In this document: piece after piece, positions 35,641-48,744 of the stretch
Layout of the letters: the number at the start of each line of letters is the position of its first letter
Numbering within the stretch: the first letter of the stretch is position 1
Origin: Vicugna vicugna
Lineage: Eukaryota
DNA: 64,000 nt
Direction of reading: 5' to 3'
Assembly (NCBI GenBank): GCA_013265495.1
Contig: MU058423.1
Span: 571,061 to 635,060, forward strand
Position numbers and translations under genes: made by a program
Notes under the pieces: generated by a model
The model's input: only the letters and a program-made list of their open reading frames with translations
What the model was told of the DNA's origin: nothing
Databases searched by the model: none

Positions 35641-36385
35641 CAGGACCGCACGAATACTGACCCAGGCTGAGCTGTCCCCAGACCTCTGCTCACTCTTGTA
35701 ATTGTGATTCCTATCATAAACCTTCCCCTTGGAACAAAGATGTTCAGAGCATGTGGCTTTTCTTTTCTACAGTGTTGTCTCATTTGTCTTCTCTGTTTGA
35801 GGTGAACATCTGTTGAACAAAATTGATAACAATAGGGGAGCTGATATTGACATGGAGCAGAATGCATCATCCATCCAGATGCTCAGGAGCTTGGTCCTGG
35901 GGATATTTCCCAGATGATGGGGAAGAGCCAGGTGGGCAGGCTGCGTGATGGTCTGGGTGGAATTCTTAGTTACTCAGCCCATTAGCTCTTGCTGCTCCCC
36001 TTTTTGCTTGTCACTTTCCATTTGTTTTCTTTTTGTCCTTAGTCAATTCATATTATGCTGTCTTCCTATCCAGGCGTGAAGTTACCTGGTTTTGTTCCAA
36101 TTCCAAACCTGCCTGCTTATTAATCTTGACAATGCACCTGTGGTTTCACTCATTCTTACTTCAGCTGCTAATCCAAACGATCCCATCTGTGCAATGTATT
36201 GGCTTGTTAATATCAAAAGAAGTGTTGGGGAGCAAGGCATACTCAGTCACACTTCCGCTGACCACTGGTCAAGGTAAGCAGTTTGTTAGGTAACCGACAT
36301 GCAGGTGAGGGAAGCCACAAAACTGGTGCTATGGGTCATCAGAGTTTTAACTTTAGTGGCTACATGGCCCCTTGGTTCCTCTAAG

Positions 36386-36387
<2 letters not shown>

Positions 36388-36417
<30 letters not shown>
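36388..36417. repeat. (GT)15 microsatellite
   Basis: Read directly from the sequence. Confidence 0.95.
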
Positions 36418-36422
<5 letters not shown>

Positions 36423-36514
36423 GGGAATGTTTTCCAAGTGCTTACCTTGGACCGGGCAGCTCTTCAGAGCTGACAGGGCCCTGGCACCTGCCCTTTGCAA
36501 CTTCTCTCTTGGAA

Positions 36515-36723
36515 AGTGTTTCTCGGTGTGGTACCCAGAATACCTAAATTGGAATCTCCTGGAAGGCAGGGATTTGGGAGGTGGCAGCCTTGCTAAAATG
36601 CATATTCACAGGCTTCCATGCCAAAGACTCAGGGAATGTGAGTGTCTAGGGTGGGGCTCAAGTCTCGGACTTTGACAGGCTCCCCAGGTAGTTCTGATGC
36701 AACCCAGGTTTGACAAACACTTG
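36515..36723. mobile_element. MER5A-like hAT MITE
   Basis: 'gtgtttctcggtgtggt..aatctcctgg..ttgctaaaatgcatatt..ggctccccaggtagttctgatgca..gtttgacaaacact'. Confidence 0.7.
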
Positions 36724-36774
36724 GATGGAGAAACTGCTGCAGCATGATGCAGCATGGGGGGTGCCCACCTTGCG

Positions 36775-36956
36775 CATTTTCTGCAGGATGACTCTTTGTT
36801 GTGGGACCTGTCCTGTACATTGTAGAATAGCACCCCTGGCCTCTACCCACTAGATGCCAGTAGCACCCTCTCCCATGGTTACAACCACCAGAATTGTTTC
36901 CTGACATTGCCAAGTGTCCCCAGCAGGGCAAATTCACCCCCAGTTGAGAACCTCTG
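36775..36956. mobile_element. MER20 (hAT-Charlie), truncated at left
   Basis: 'ctttgttgtggg..ctgtcctgtacattgtagaa..cctggcctctacccactagatgccagtagca..gacattgccaagtgtcccc..cccagttgagaacctctg'. Confidence 0.9.
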
Positions 36957-36964
36957 ATGTAGAG

Positions 36965-37150
36965 GAGAGAGCAGAGGATCTGCAGTTGGACCCAAACAGT
37001 TTACATCTGGGCTCTGCCACTGACCAGCTGAGAAGCTTTGGGCAACTTACTTTGCTTCTCTGAGCCTGGGGTTCTTCATCTGTAAGATGAGGAAAATGAT
37101 GATACTGACCTCATAGCATTGCTGCGATTACTACAGAGTGAGAGCTCAGC
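36965..37150 (+). mobile_element. MIR SINE
   Basis: 'ggctctgccactgaccagctg..ttgggcaacttact..tctctgagcct..ttcttcatctgtaagatgagg'. Confidence 0.85.
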
Positions 37151-38189
37151 AAAGATAACTTTCTATCTTCCCTCCTGGAGAGGATAGCAGCTCTCAATGG
37201 CCAGATGTTGGGGGCTGGCTTGGGGGACAGGAAATCTTTCCCTTTTGGGGACAAAGAGGCATCACTTGGTGAAATAGAAGAGTTACTAAGCAGACTGAAG
37301 GCAGCTTTGGCATTAGTGGGGAACAGCAAATATCAGAGTGGGAGACAAAAGCTAAAGACGCCCTTAGGTGTGCCCAGGTACCAGTGTTGACCACCTGCCC
37401 CACTGGCCCTTGGGGTGGTGGCCATGAACCACCTCACTGCCCGTGTGCTCTGCAGCCCCATGGCTTCTTTGACCCACTCTGTGGCCTGCTGTGTGCTCCC
37501 AAGTGGCTGATGGGTCTGCAGGCCCCTGGCATCTGCCTGTGCTTCTTCCTCCCCTCCTCCCTCTTGCCCAGTTGGGGCCATGCAGCTGCAGACCCCAGGG
37601 TTCCCAAAGCCCCTGCCCTGCTGGCCTGCCTTCTGTGGGGCACAGGAAGGCTGCATTGTAAGATGTGTATTTTTAGCTGCCCTCGCCCCCCGATGCTTAT
37701 TTTTAGCACCCAGCAGAGGGCTGGGCAGCTTGGCAGGGTGGGTAGCGGTTGGCTACTGACTGCCATGCTGCTCTGCTAGCCCAGCCAAGTTGGCTCAGCT
37801 TCGGGTGGGATAATTACAGTAGTAAATTCTTAATTTCTCTGCTCCAGCTTCACCAAGGCGGTGGTGATCACCATTCAGGAGAGTTCATTTTCCCTGCACA
37901 GGATTTGAAAGCCTCTGATACCATAATGCTCCAAGTCTACGGGATGGAAAAGGAACCTAGGCTTGCAGGAAACACTGAAGAGCCAAGAAGAGAGCCAGAG
38001 AAAGAAATGGAGACACAGGTAGAGACCTAGGGACCTCAGAGGAGAGAGGGAGGGAGCTAAAAGCAAAGACCAATTTACCAAGACCAAAGTAGGGGAAGGT
38101 TTGGTGATAGATACATGGGGAGAGAAGGGCGCAGACCCAGAGGAAAGAGAATAACAGAAAAAGATAGAGAAGAGAGCAAATACACAGCC

Positions 38190-38400
38190 CCAGCGGCCAG
38201 GCTTATTGAAGGTTTCCAGGTGCTGGGTACTGTTCTGAATTCCTCACCGTATTGTCTCTTTAAATGTTTACACCTCCATACCTGGGTTGTTAAGACCATT
38301 TTTTCAGAGGAGAGAGTGGATGGTTAAGCAGTTTGCCCAAGATTATGCAGAATGAGTGGTGGAGCCAGGACTCCAGCCTGTGGCAGACTGCAGGGCCCCC
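38190..38400 (-). mobile_element. MIR SINE
   Basis: 'ggttaagcagtttgcccaagattatgcag..gtggtggagccaggactccagcc'. Confidence 0.7.
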
Positions 38401-41139
38401 ACTCGGCTGACGTGTTCGCTGGTGGAACAGCACATACAGACGCAGGAGAGAAGAGCGGGGCCAAGGTGCACATCCGGCTGTGACCGTCTGCTCAGCCCTT
38501 GGAGGCTAACACTTCGTCTGTTTCCCTGGGAAGACAGCTCTCTGAAATGGGCACCATTGATCCAGGTGTCAGGACTGAATTACAGCACTTCCCCGAAAGT
38601 GTGTGTCACGCTGTTCCGGTCCTTGTGCCACCGCTGAGGCTGCCTGACCTGCTTCACATCAGCAACCAGATGATCACAGCTCAGCTCCGTTTCTCTGTTT
38701 GGAAATACCATCTCCCACCACGTCATTAAGCTAATTGAATGGGTCAGCTTTTCCTAGGACAGAGGTGGGGCCTGAGGGGAGTGGGAGATAATAGCTTTGG
38801 ATTTGCTCATTGTCATTCACGTCCTGATCCAACGCTGCCCACTGCTCTGCTCTGGAACCACCAGGTCCTCTCGCCCCCGCCAAGGGCACAGATGATAAAT
38901 GCTGTGCATGGAGAGGAGTTATTCTCGCTAATGATCTTCGCCACAGAAAACTTCAGCCCCTGGTAGGAGACCCCCAGTTCATCTTTCTCTATTTGCTGAG
39001 GCTTCAACCAACAGAGGCAGCAAGAAAGCTGTTTCCAACAACAACGGCCTGCCGTATAGACAGCCATCATAAGTCATTCCTTCTACTCCTGGCACCTGCC
39101 TCTCCCATCCCCGCATAGCCATCAGTCTCCATAAATCTCCTGAGCAGGTGGAGATTTATACAGAAACTGTGGCTACCCCTGTCTGTGTGGCCCCCATGGC
39201 CTCTGGCATCTTCAGGAAGAGAACCGTGGGGTTATATGAAGCTCTACTGTATTTCATTACATTGTATTTCTAAACCAGAACATATGAAGGGGCAGGTTGG
39301 TGCTTACAGGGCAGTGTCAGTACAGGAGGCAGAGAATGGAGTCTGGACCCTCCCCTGATCTGGAGGGGGGTTAGGAGAGGGAATATGTGGGGGTCATTTT
39401 TGAGGCCCGATGTGTGTCATTTGTTGCTATTGTGGGGCCCTTTGCAGACTTGCTGTCACTATTGAAAGGGCAAATGCATTCTAGAACTCCTGCCTTTAGG
39501 GACGTGACAGGGTACCTGGGAAGGGGAGGCAGAATATGTGAATGCATTGGCACAGTGAACTGGTTATTAAAACATTAAACCACTTCCGTACTCATTGGTA
39601 AATAGTATAAGTGGTTGACACCACAGACTTCCATTTGTTGTTGCCCAGAGGTGGCCGAGATGGTGGGTAATGAGGTCTGGGAACAGTGGGGAGCAAATAT
39701 GGCAGACTCCCAGCACATATTGAGCAGACACCATGGATCCTCCTCCAGCATGGCGCAGCATTGATGGGACATTGAAACAAGGGCAGGGTAGGCAGGGTTG
39801 GTGGCAGCATAATCGGGAGACTAAGGACTGGTATCCAGATCTGGGCCATTTTGGAGGTGCTGGCATCAGGTTCACACTCAGACGTGGTGTGACTTCTGCA
39901 GGAGGCTCCCAACCCTGGGGACCGCCTGCCTAGCAACTGAGTAGGAAAATCACTGGAAGAGTTTGCTGCAGTCCCTACATCTGATCACAGTCAGGGCCAT
40001 CATTCAGCTAGTGACAGTGGCATCAAACAAAAGGTCACACCAACAATTTTTTTAAATCAAAAAATGAGTATGGTATTATTGACGTGATTTGATGAGTGGC
40101 CTGTAGGACCACTCACACCACTTGTTAGGTGGTTTTAGTTAGAGAACAACAAGGAATAGAGCTTAAATTTTTTAATTTATATATTGACTTACATTTTGAT
40201 TTCTATTACTATACTGGTAATTGAATATTTTGAATATTACCCTTGCCCAGTTATGGATGCACTCCAAGTCCAGGAATAGGTTCAAGGTCAAAACAGCTGA
40301 CACAAACCCAGTCCCACAAACCCAAGCAGGAAGCAGGACCACAGAGAAAGGGGTCGGGGCAGAGGTCACAGTAGAGAAGGCTTCTTGGGAGAGGAATTTT
40401 AAGTCAGACTTGGAAGATGAGCAAGAACATTCTGGAACATTCTGGAGCAGAACGTTCTGTACGTGGGGCATGAGGGAGCAGGCACTTGGCACAGGACCCC
40501 TCCCCCTCTCTTAGAGGGCAGAGCTCAGAACATGGAGACCTTGGGGCCTGCCAGTGGCTGCACCAGATACTTGACCTGCAACGGCCTTTTGAAATCTGAG
40601 AAAGAATAGCCACCTTCGAATCTTTGAAAGGCTGGGAACCATTAGAGTGGTTACCGCCTCCATAAAGAAGGAAATGGGAGATAGTGAGTCTTAATTAATA
40701 GTTTCTTGTGGCTTATTCCTGCTTTGATCACGAGGCTGATATTTCCTCAGTCTATTACAAACTTCATTAAGTTTATTTGCCTGCCAGGTGCCTGCTCTTT
40801 CTCCTGTCCTGTCCTGTCAGAGATAAATGACCCCGGTGGCTCAGCTGGTCCCTTCTAAGCATTGCCTCAGACCAGGGATGGGCGCAGGACACCTGGAGGG
40901 ATGCCACAGTGCAGCCCGTCCAGAGGAGACCAGCACGTGCAGATGGTTCTCCCCAGTCTGCCTTCTACCACCAGGATGGCGAGCCGGCATTCAAAGCCAG
41001 GCTACTGATCAGAATTGAATTCAAAGTGCTTACGTACACCTGTGAGGTATTTCCTGGAGTTGAAAGTGAATCAGATAATGTGGACTCAAGACTGTATCTA
41101 GGCTGGCTAGATGGTAGAGCAAACAATTTATCATGACAG

Positions 41140-41670
41140 TCATGGAATCTCAGCCTTGGAAAGGATCAGAAAGGTCACCTCCTCTAGCCACCCATCCGAA
41201 GAAGCTCGAGTCCTTCTGCTCAAAAGATTGCTGAGACCATGCTTGAACTCCTCCAATGGCAGGGAGCTCATTATTCCAGAGGCAGCTCATTCCATCTTCA
41301 GACAGCAATTACTGAGTCCAAAATCTGCTCCTTCTAACTTGAGGCTTATGGTCCTAGTACTCTCAATTGAGGCAATAGGTTAAAAAAGATAAAAACTAAT
41401 TTATCTTTCACAAATCTCATCATATTTGAAGAGAGATTCTGTTGTTCCAGGAGTATTCTCTTAAATCTGGATAAGAATGTCAATTTCTTCACCAATTCTT
41501 CACAGGATGTAAGTCATCTCCTTAAATATGTCAATCCAAGAGTTGACAAAATAACTCCAAGTATGGCTGGACCAGCACAAAGCAGAGCAGGTCTATCACC
41601 TCCCTTGTTTTAGACATTATGCTTCTAATGGTCACATTGGCTTTTGTGTCAGTCACATTACTCTGCAAAT
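41140..41670 (-). mobile_element. L3/CR1 LINE 3' fragment
   Basis: 'tgcttgaactcctccaatggcagggagctcatt..gaggcagctcattccat', 'gaccagcacaaagcagagcagg..atcacctccc'. Confidence 0.75.
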
Positions 41671-42369
41671 GAGCCTTCTGAGACTTACACATGGGTCAAT
41701 AATAATATTCTACAAAGTGTGCCAATTTATCAGAGCCAGGAAATAGCTTAATGGCATTGGTAAGGATAGTATTGTATGTTACTGATGATGACTGCAGATA
41801 AACGAACCCCAGGAAGCTCTGCCAGTTTACCTGGGGGATTGTGGCATAGTAAACTGATGATTATTTTTCGGTTTTAAATTACATTAATTAATCCATTAAT
41901 TGACTGTGTTTAAGAGAATGATTTTTAGGAGTGTGTCAAATCTGTTCAAACTAGAATTAACAGGTAACTTGTTTGCCATCAGGACAATTACCCAAATAAT
42001 AAGCTATTAAATGCACATTAACATATAATAATTGTGTAAAGAATAACTAAGCAATTAATTAACATTTAATGGAATTCATAGTAAATTAGATAGCAAGACT
42101 TATTAAATGTCAATTAACCATATTAGCTACTGACATCTAACTGATTCAACATACAAATGCTGATTGATTTCTTATTTCTTACAAGCTTAATGACTTAACA
42201 AAAATGTATTCACATATTTAGAGATTCTTAAAATCACCAGATGGCCAGCCATAAGAGTGGCTATCTGCATGGTGGTGGTTTGGAAAAAGAAATTGATGAG
42301 TGTTTAATTTGGGGCCTCTTCTCAGCATCCCTTTTTACTGTATTCCTTTTGGAGAAGTTTTTAAATGGG

Positions 42370-42570
42370 AAAAGTGTGCAGAGAGTTTATGTGGAGGTGA
42401 TTCCGGGGAGCACTGAGAAGGAACAGGGGAGTGAGTTAGAGAAGGGACAGAGCCTATAAAGAATGCCTTAACGGGCAAGGTTCTGCTGGGGCAACCCCAG
42501 CTCACTCTCCATGGGACCCTCGGAGAGAGCTTGTGAAATGAGAGGCAGCAGTATCTCCCTGAGAGACCGG
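42370..42570 (-). mobile_element. ERVL LTR fragment (LTR16/LTR40 group)
   Basis: 'gtttatgtggaggtgattcc..gcactg..ggagtgag..agaagggacagagcctataaag..ggggcaacccc..ctccatgggaccctc'. Confidence 0.55.
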
Positions 42571-43199
42571 GAAGCTCTTCTTAGACTGACTCCCACCTTA
42601 GATTCTGTCTGGTTCTGTCTGTCTGGCTCACTGCTATTGTGCCATGTAAGTTTCATGTGAATGTCCTTTGATGGCATCCATTTTTTCAGTCCCCAAAATG
42701 TTTAGAGCCCAAGCTGCAGGGAGGCCAGAGAGTCTCAGCTGCAGGAACATCCTGAACTAGGATCCTCAGGCTGCCAGGACTCTTCATCCTGTGCTCACTC
42801 TCATTCATCCCAGACTGACTTTCCCCACATCAGAAACATGGCCTCAAGCTCCAAGTTTTGCATCGTTGAGCTCCAAACTATCAGGACGAAACGGCTCAGA
42901 AGTACTCTCTCTTCTAAGTCTGAAAACCCAGGGAACTGACCTAGGATCAACTTGGGTCAAATGCTCACATGTAGACCAACGCAGGGCACCAGCACTGCTG
43001 AGGTCACGCTCCCAGGAGAAGAGCAGCAGGGTGCTGGTTGGTTAATATATTTTTGTAATTCTTGGCATTGAGAAAAATTGCCTTCCAGAATAAGAAAACT
43101 TTTTAGTGAGTTAATTAGTTTGCACTCTAAAAATATTATACTCCTTTGGTCTCTTCATTCTTAACTCTACATAAGTTGTTTGGACTAGTTTCTTCCCTT

Positions 43200-43820
43200 A
43201 TGTGTTGAATTCTCATAACAAGCCTTATGATGCAGGTATTATTATTCCCAATTAACAGATAAGGATACTGCAACTCTGAGACTGAGTACATTGCCTAATC
43301 TGTGAATGGTAGAGCCTGTCTTCAAACCCAGACTCAACTGACCTCAGAGTCCATATTCATTATTCATTCATTCATTTGACAGTACTGTGCAATGGGCACT
43401 GTGCTGTGACCTAGAGATACAAAAGACCATGACACTGACCCCACCTTCAAGGGGTTATAGAATAGCTCCAGCAGTGAGGAAAGTGCTAGGGTACAGATAG
43501 ACAAGGGGCGCTATGTGGACATAGGAAGGACACTGAAGCCAGCCCAGGGTGGAGGTCACCCAGAGGTGGTGACATGCAAGTTCAGATCTAAGCAATGAGT
43601 AGGCACCCAGCAGGCAAAGGGGGGTGGTAAATGTATTTTAGGCACAGGGAACAGCTTGTACCAAAGCCTGGATGGGAAAGTGAGCAAGTGGTCTGACTGA
43701 GAGTGTGGAGGGAGGAGGTGGGGGTGCTCAGATACTGAGAGGAGAGAATGTGGAGGTAAGCAGAGGATAGGCTAGAAAGGGCCTTGAAGGTCTTGTCAAG
43801 GAGTTGGACCCATGTTGGAC
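43200..43820 (-). mobile_element. MIR(-) followed by L2(-) fragment
   Basis: MIR 'ctcataacaagcc..ggtattattattccc..acagataaggatactg'; L2 'attcattcattcatttgac...gaggtggtgacatg..gggaacagcttgtaccaaagcctgga'. Confidence 0.75.
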
Positions 43821-44059
43821 CTCTTGTTAAGGAGCTGGACCCACCTTCATCAAAGGGCCTGACTTTGACTCAGTTCTGGATTCTGGACTGAAGGATATAG
43901 TTGGTGGGCAGGAATTCTCCCTGAATTTGTAAGCCCCCTTCTTCATGTCGGGAAATGGCCTGTGCAGTGCCCACCCATGGCAGGTGCCCTGTACGACCAC
44001 ATGTACTCACAGGGAGACTATGGGAGACAAGAGCATGCCTCATAAGAGTCACAACACAC

Positions 44060-44200
44060 AAGCTTTGGTGCAAGTCTAGGCTCTGCTATTTACCATATGT
44101 GACATTGGACAAGTTTCTTAAGCTTTTCCTTACCTATAAAATAGAAGACTGGACAGGGCTACTATGAGAATTAGATTAGATGCATACAAGTCCCATGGTC
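44060..44200 (+). mobile_element. MIR fragment
   Basis: 'ggctctgctatttaccatatgtgacattggacaagtttctta'. Confidence 0.75.
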
Positions 44201-44339
44201 ATAAACTCAACTGGTGTTAGTTTGCTGCTCCACAACCCTTCCAACATTCAGAAATCACAGTGCATACGCACCAATAATTGTCTACATAAATAACAGGAAG
44301 GCTGTGCAATTGCATCTTCAAATATCCAAAGACAACAAT

Positions 44340-45500
44340 TATTTGCCTATTAAGCTGGCTCTTCTCCAGGTTAAATATTACCTTCCCCCCAGTCATTCTT
44401 CATATGACACACTTTCTAGACCCTTACCATGCTGAACGTCTTCTCAATAATTTCTAGTTGGTAGTTGTTCCCCCAACAGGTGTCTTGGCTGGACCTGGAC
44501 CAGAGTCTGGATATAGTCTGGGGAGAACAGAGCACAGCCAGGCCATCACAGCCCTTGTTCTGGGTTCCATAATCCTGTTGGAGCAGCCTCTGCTACCGTT
44601 ACCTTCCGAGCAGTTATACTTCAATGGAGGTACAAATGGGGTTTGTGCCCAACTCTAACCTTCTCATTTACCTTACCTCCCCCACCCCAGGTCTTGCTCA
44701 TTTAACCTACAAAACTGCCAGGCCTCGAGGAGAGGATCAGTCTTATTCAGTCTGGCTGCAGCTCAGCACCAGTGCACGGTCCTGGGCTTTTATGTAACAT
44801 GGACGCAACATGGTGTCGTGGAAAGTGAATTAACCATTGAATCAGTTGGATCTCTATTCAATGTCAGCTTTGAAATATAGGCAACAAGACCATCAGCGAT
44901 TTAGTTAGCATCTTTAGGCCTTAACTTTGCCATCTATAAAATAAATATAGTGGGATTGTTGTAAGAACGAAACAGGTTATGGATGGAAAAGTTCAGGCAT
45001 GTGAAGGCATTTAAGAGGACTTTGCCTTTCTCTGTGCTTTGCCTTGGGCTCTGGGGTACAAAGATGAGGCTTAGTTTCTCACCTAGAAGGGAAGAAGACC
45101 TAATTTTAATAAAATGTAGCATGTATGGTGATAGGAGTCAGCACAGGGAGCTGTGGGCTTGACATATGGCAGGTCCTCAGTAGGCATTGGATGAACAAAT
45201 AAATATTCCTGCCATCAATACAGGTGTCCCAGATCTTGCACTTATACAATTAGTTTTAAAGAAATAGAAGAGCAAGGCTTAACATTTATCTGATTAAACT
45301 GATCTAATTGGCTTTAACCATTATTCCAGCCAATGAGATTATTTTTAGAGTGTTCATTCTATCATGTTGTACATGCTCTGTTGTATTCAGCTGTGTCACC
45401 TAAAGATCTGGGCTCTCATCCAGTTTATTACAAACATGTTGACCAGGACGGCACAGAAGAGAGACCTGTGGCAACCCACCAGAGACTTCCCTCCAGGGTA
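44340..45500 (-). mobile_element. L3/CR1 fragments (~44340-44600, ~45300-45500) with MIR/L2 pieces between
   Basis: 'cttctccaggttaaat..cattcttcatatgac', 'cagagcacagc..atcacagcccttgttctgg', 'atgttgaccaggac..agagacctgtggca..ccaccagagacttccctccagg'. Confidence 0.55.
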
Positions 45501-45769
45501 TTTCTTTGTGCCTAGGATAGCTGGGCATTGAACAACCTATTAGAAAAACATTCTGCATATGCTGCTAGAAGTCCCATCAGGGGCCCCAGACTGGTGTGTG
45601 GCCAAGCAGCCATAACTTCTAGGCAGTGACAGCTCTCAATCAGCATCCTGGTTAAACCATTAAGTCAAAAGGACTGGACATGCCTCCTCCCATTGCCATT
45701 AACTTGCAGAGAACTTTACACTCTCCATCTTTTTCTGATCCACTCGCCACACTGCTGCGGGAAGGATCC

Positions 45770-46320
45770 ATAATTAAACTATGTCACTTCCTCACTTAAA
45801 ATCCTTCTGAAGTAAACTGCCTGAAACATGAACTCCAAACTTTTTAAACAGTACAAAAGGCCCTCCATGGTTTAGCTGCTGCATATTTCTCTGTCATATT
45901 TCCTGACACTTCATTCTTCATAATTTAAACTCTAGGAATCCTTAATTGGTCACACTGACCCACGTAGATTTCAGTATTCCACTACCACACTTCTGTTCAT
46001 GCATCCTTTTGCATGGGGTGCCTTCTCCTCTGCCTGCCCCCTTCTCCTTGTCTGTTCCACTCAGTCTTCCAGATCAGGGGACAACTAACTCCTCTGCCTA
46101 CCACCTGCATCTGGGACTGGGTTAGATGGCCCTTTAGGATCTCCTACACTCCTGAGCATAACCTGTTATTGATGTGCTTAGTACACTGATGCTAACCATT
46201 TGTCCTGCTAGACTCAAAGCACTTTGCATGGAAGGACCAAGTTTCAGTTATTCAAGAATTTCCAATTACTATCTTCAGGCCCAGTATGTGGTCAAGGTGC
46301 AATAAAGAATTGTTGAAGTG
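45770..46320 (+). mobile_element. L2 fragment
   Basis: 'atgtcacttcctcacttaaaatccttc', 'aaggccctccatg', tail 'caataaagaattgttgaa'. Confidence 0.65.
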
Positions 46321-48744
46321 TGTGTGTGTGTTCTCAGAGCATTTCTACTAAGTTCTGATGATTTCCTTGAGAGAATTTGTAAGTGGAAGCTAGAGAGGTT
46401 GAGTGACTTGTCCAAGCTCTCCCAGCTGGGATCAGAGTCTAACTTTACCTCGTGGCTCATAATATCCACCAATAGCAATACTGCCTTCCTGTGTCTGTAA
46501 TATCCAGAACTGTGTGTGTTTATGGCCCTGGTTTACCTAGGAATGCTCAAGCACTGTTTTGGAGAGAGGAGGTGAATTTGCAGTGGGATGTAAAGACAAG
46601 CCACTGAGTTTATTTCTGGCAAGGGTGTTTTCACCCTAATGGAGCTTTCTTGGAGACACCCTGCCTTATCCTATTGGAGTGTGTCTTATTGGTAAGATTT
46701 TAGACACTCTGGCAACTGGCACAGGAAGTACCACCAAGAAATGGATCTCTCAGTGACTGTGAAATCACACAGAATAGGAAACTGTCTTCTCCAGGTACCT
46801 GTAGAGAAGTTCTGTGTAGTCCTGAGGAGCTGGCTGCATGCTGGGTCTAAAGGTTGGAGAACATGTTGGAGGACTGACAAGGGGAAAGAGAAGGATGAGC
46901 TGGGAGAAGAGATCCCTGGTGTCAGGCTTTTGAGAGTAAAAGTCAAAGGGTACACCCTTCCGCTGCAAAGGTTTACAGAAAAGATGGGCTACAGGTGAAA
47001 ACTCTCACTCATTTAATCTAGGGTGAGATCCAGGCTGCACCACAGGTCTCTTAAGGATACTGAGCACAGATAAGCTGCCCTCTATGGAGCGATGGGCCAG
47101 CAATCTCTCACGCAGACAGAGTGTTTATGAGGTGGCCCCTTGCATATTCAAGGCAGGCTTTGAACCCAGGTTTTTCCCCACAGCAGAGCTTTTGATTACA
47201 GCCCTGGGCTGCTTCCAGCTTTGTCACTGGAGGCAGCTTTAGTCCTGCTTGTCCCCTGGTCCCGATGTCAACAAGTAACAGGAGGCTGCCCTGGGGGCAG
47301 CTGGCCACCACCCTCATGTACAAAGCAGAGTTCAGAGCCGGTGGACTCCTGGCCAAGAGAGTTCAAATGCTCATCCCTGTTTGGAGGGTGCCAGGCAGAA
47401 ATGAGGTCTGCAGAGAGAGTGAGGGGAAGGGAGCGTGGGGCAGAGCCTGTGCCGATCATTCAAAACCAAGGGAATTATATGGGACATTACCTTTGTATCT
47501 TCAGGCTGGCAAAGGCACCTCAGGGACTGGGTATAAGATGAAGACAGATTGTTGGAGAATAGCTTCCCTCTCTGTGTTTCCACCGCCCACATCCACAAAC
47601 CTCAATGGTTGCCCAGTCCCCTGGTCTCCTGAGAGGTGAGTCACCTTCATGTCATAATTCAAGTGCTAATCTCCGCATCTTGTCTGCTGAATTTCTCCCA
47701 GCAGGACGCATTTCTGGGACTTGTAAATCTGGCTGGCAGTGCATGGAAAGGCAGCTGGAGTGGGTGGGCTCACCCTTACTCAGCCTTCAGCCTTATTCCC
47801 CACCCTCCCGGCTGGCTGTCAGAGACTATACCCTCCTTACCCTTGTTGCCTCCTGTTTCGGCTCAGCCTCTCGTGACTACCTGACTTTTGTCCACTCCTC
47901 TGCCCCTCTCTCCCCGCCCCCCCCACCCCTGCCAAATTGGAAATGGATGGGGGCTTCCTGGTCAGGACACAGGAGAGCTCCAAATCCATCCAGCCTCCTT
48001 TGAAATGGAACCACTTTGTAGGGGGAGGGGGGCATTCCTACTTGATGGGGCTCCTAGACTGTGTTTTAGGCACCCTCTCACCACTGTGTCCCCTGCTTAC
48101 CACAGAGCCAGAGTTTTCCTTGCCCTCCACTCCCTAGTCCTGTCTTTGGACATGGCACAGGGGCCCAGGGGCCCAGGAAGCAGTGTGATCTTCTGATTAA
48201 GGAAAGAATCTTCCATCTTGTTTGGTTTACTCATTCCCTCTTCCCTACTGTTTGCTCTTTATTGCTTCACTCTGCCTCAGTCTCCCTGGTAAGTGTGGCT
48301 GACAGCTTCTCATGGGCCTAGAGTCTTCAGATCACAGGTCGGGTGTGAAATGTACTCATTATCGTTTTGGAAGGGGTGGGAAGAGGTGGAGGGTGCAGTC
48401 ATGACTTGACATGATTAAATGCTCCCCAGGGACAGGACAAATGGGTGATTAACCCTGATTTCTTTTTAAAGGCCCTTCCCGCCCTGCCTATGGGCAGAAC
48501 AATGTTCACACAATCCAAAGACAAAACGTGTGGCACCTCGTCAGTTGGGAACACATATGGTGGAGATGGAAGGCCGTTAAGGAGAGGGAAGGAGAAGGCA
48601 GAGTGAGGAACAGGTTTCCAGGATCAGAACTGGACCATCTGCAAATGCCTTCAGGTCACAAGAAGAATGAAAAGGGAAAGCGAGAGGGCAGGAGCGGTGA
48701 GGATCTGAGCCCCTGGAATCTCAGTGGTCTTGCCTGATATCTGT

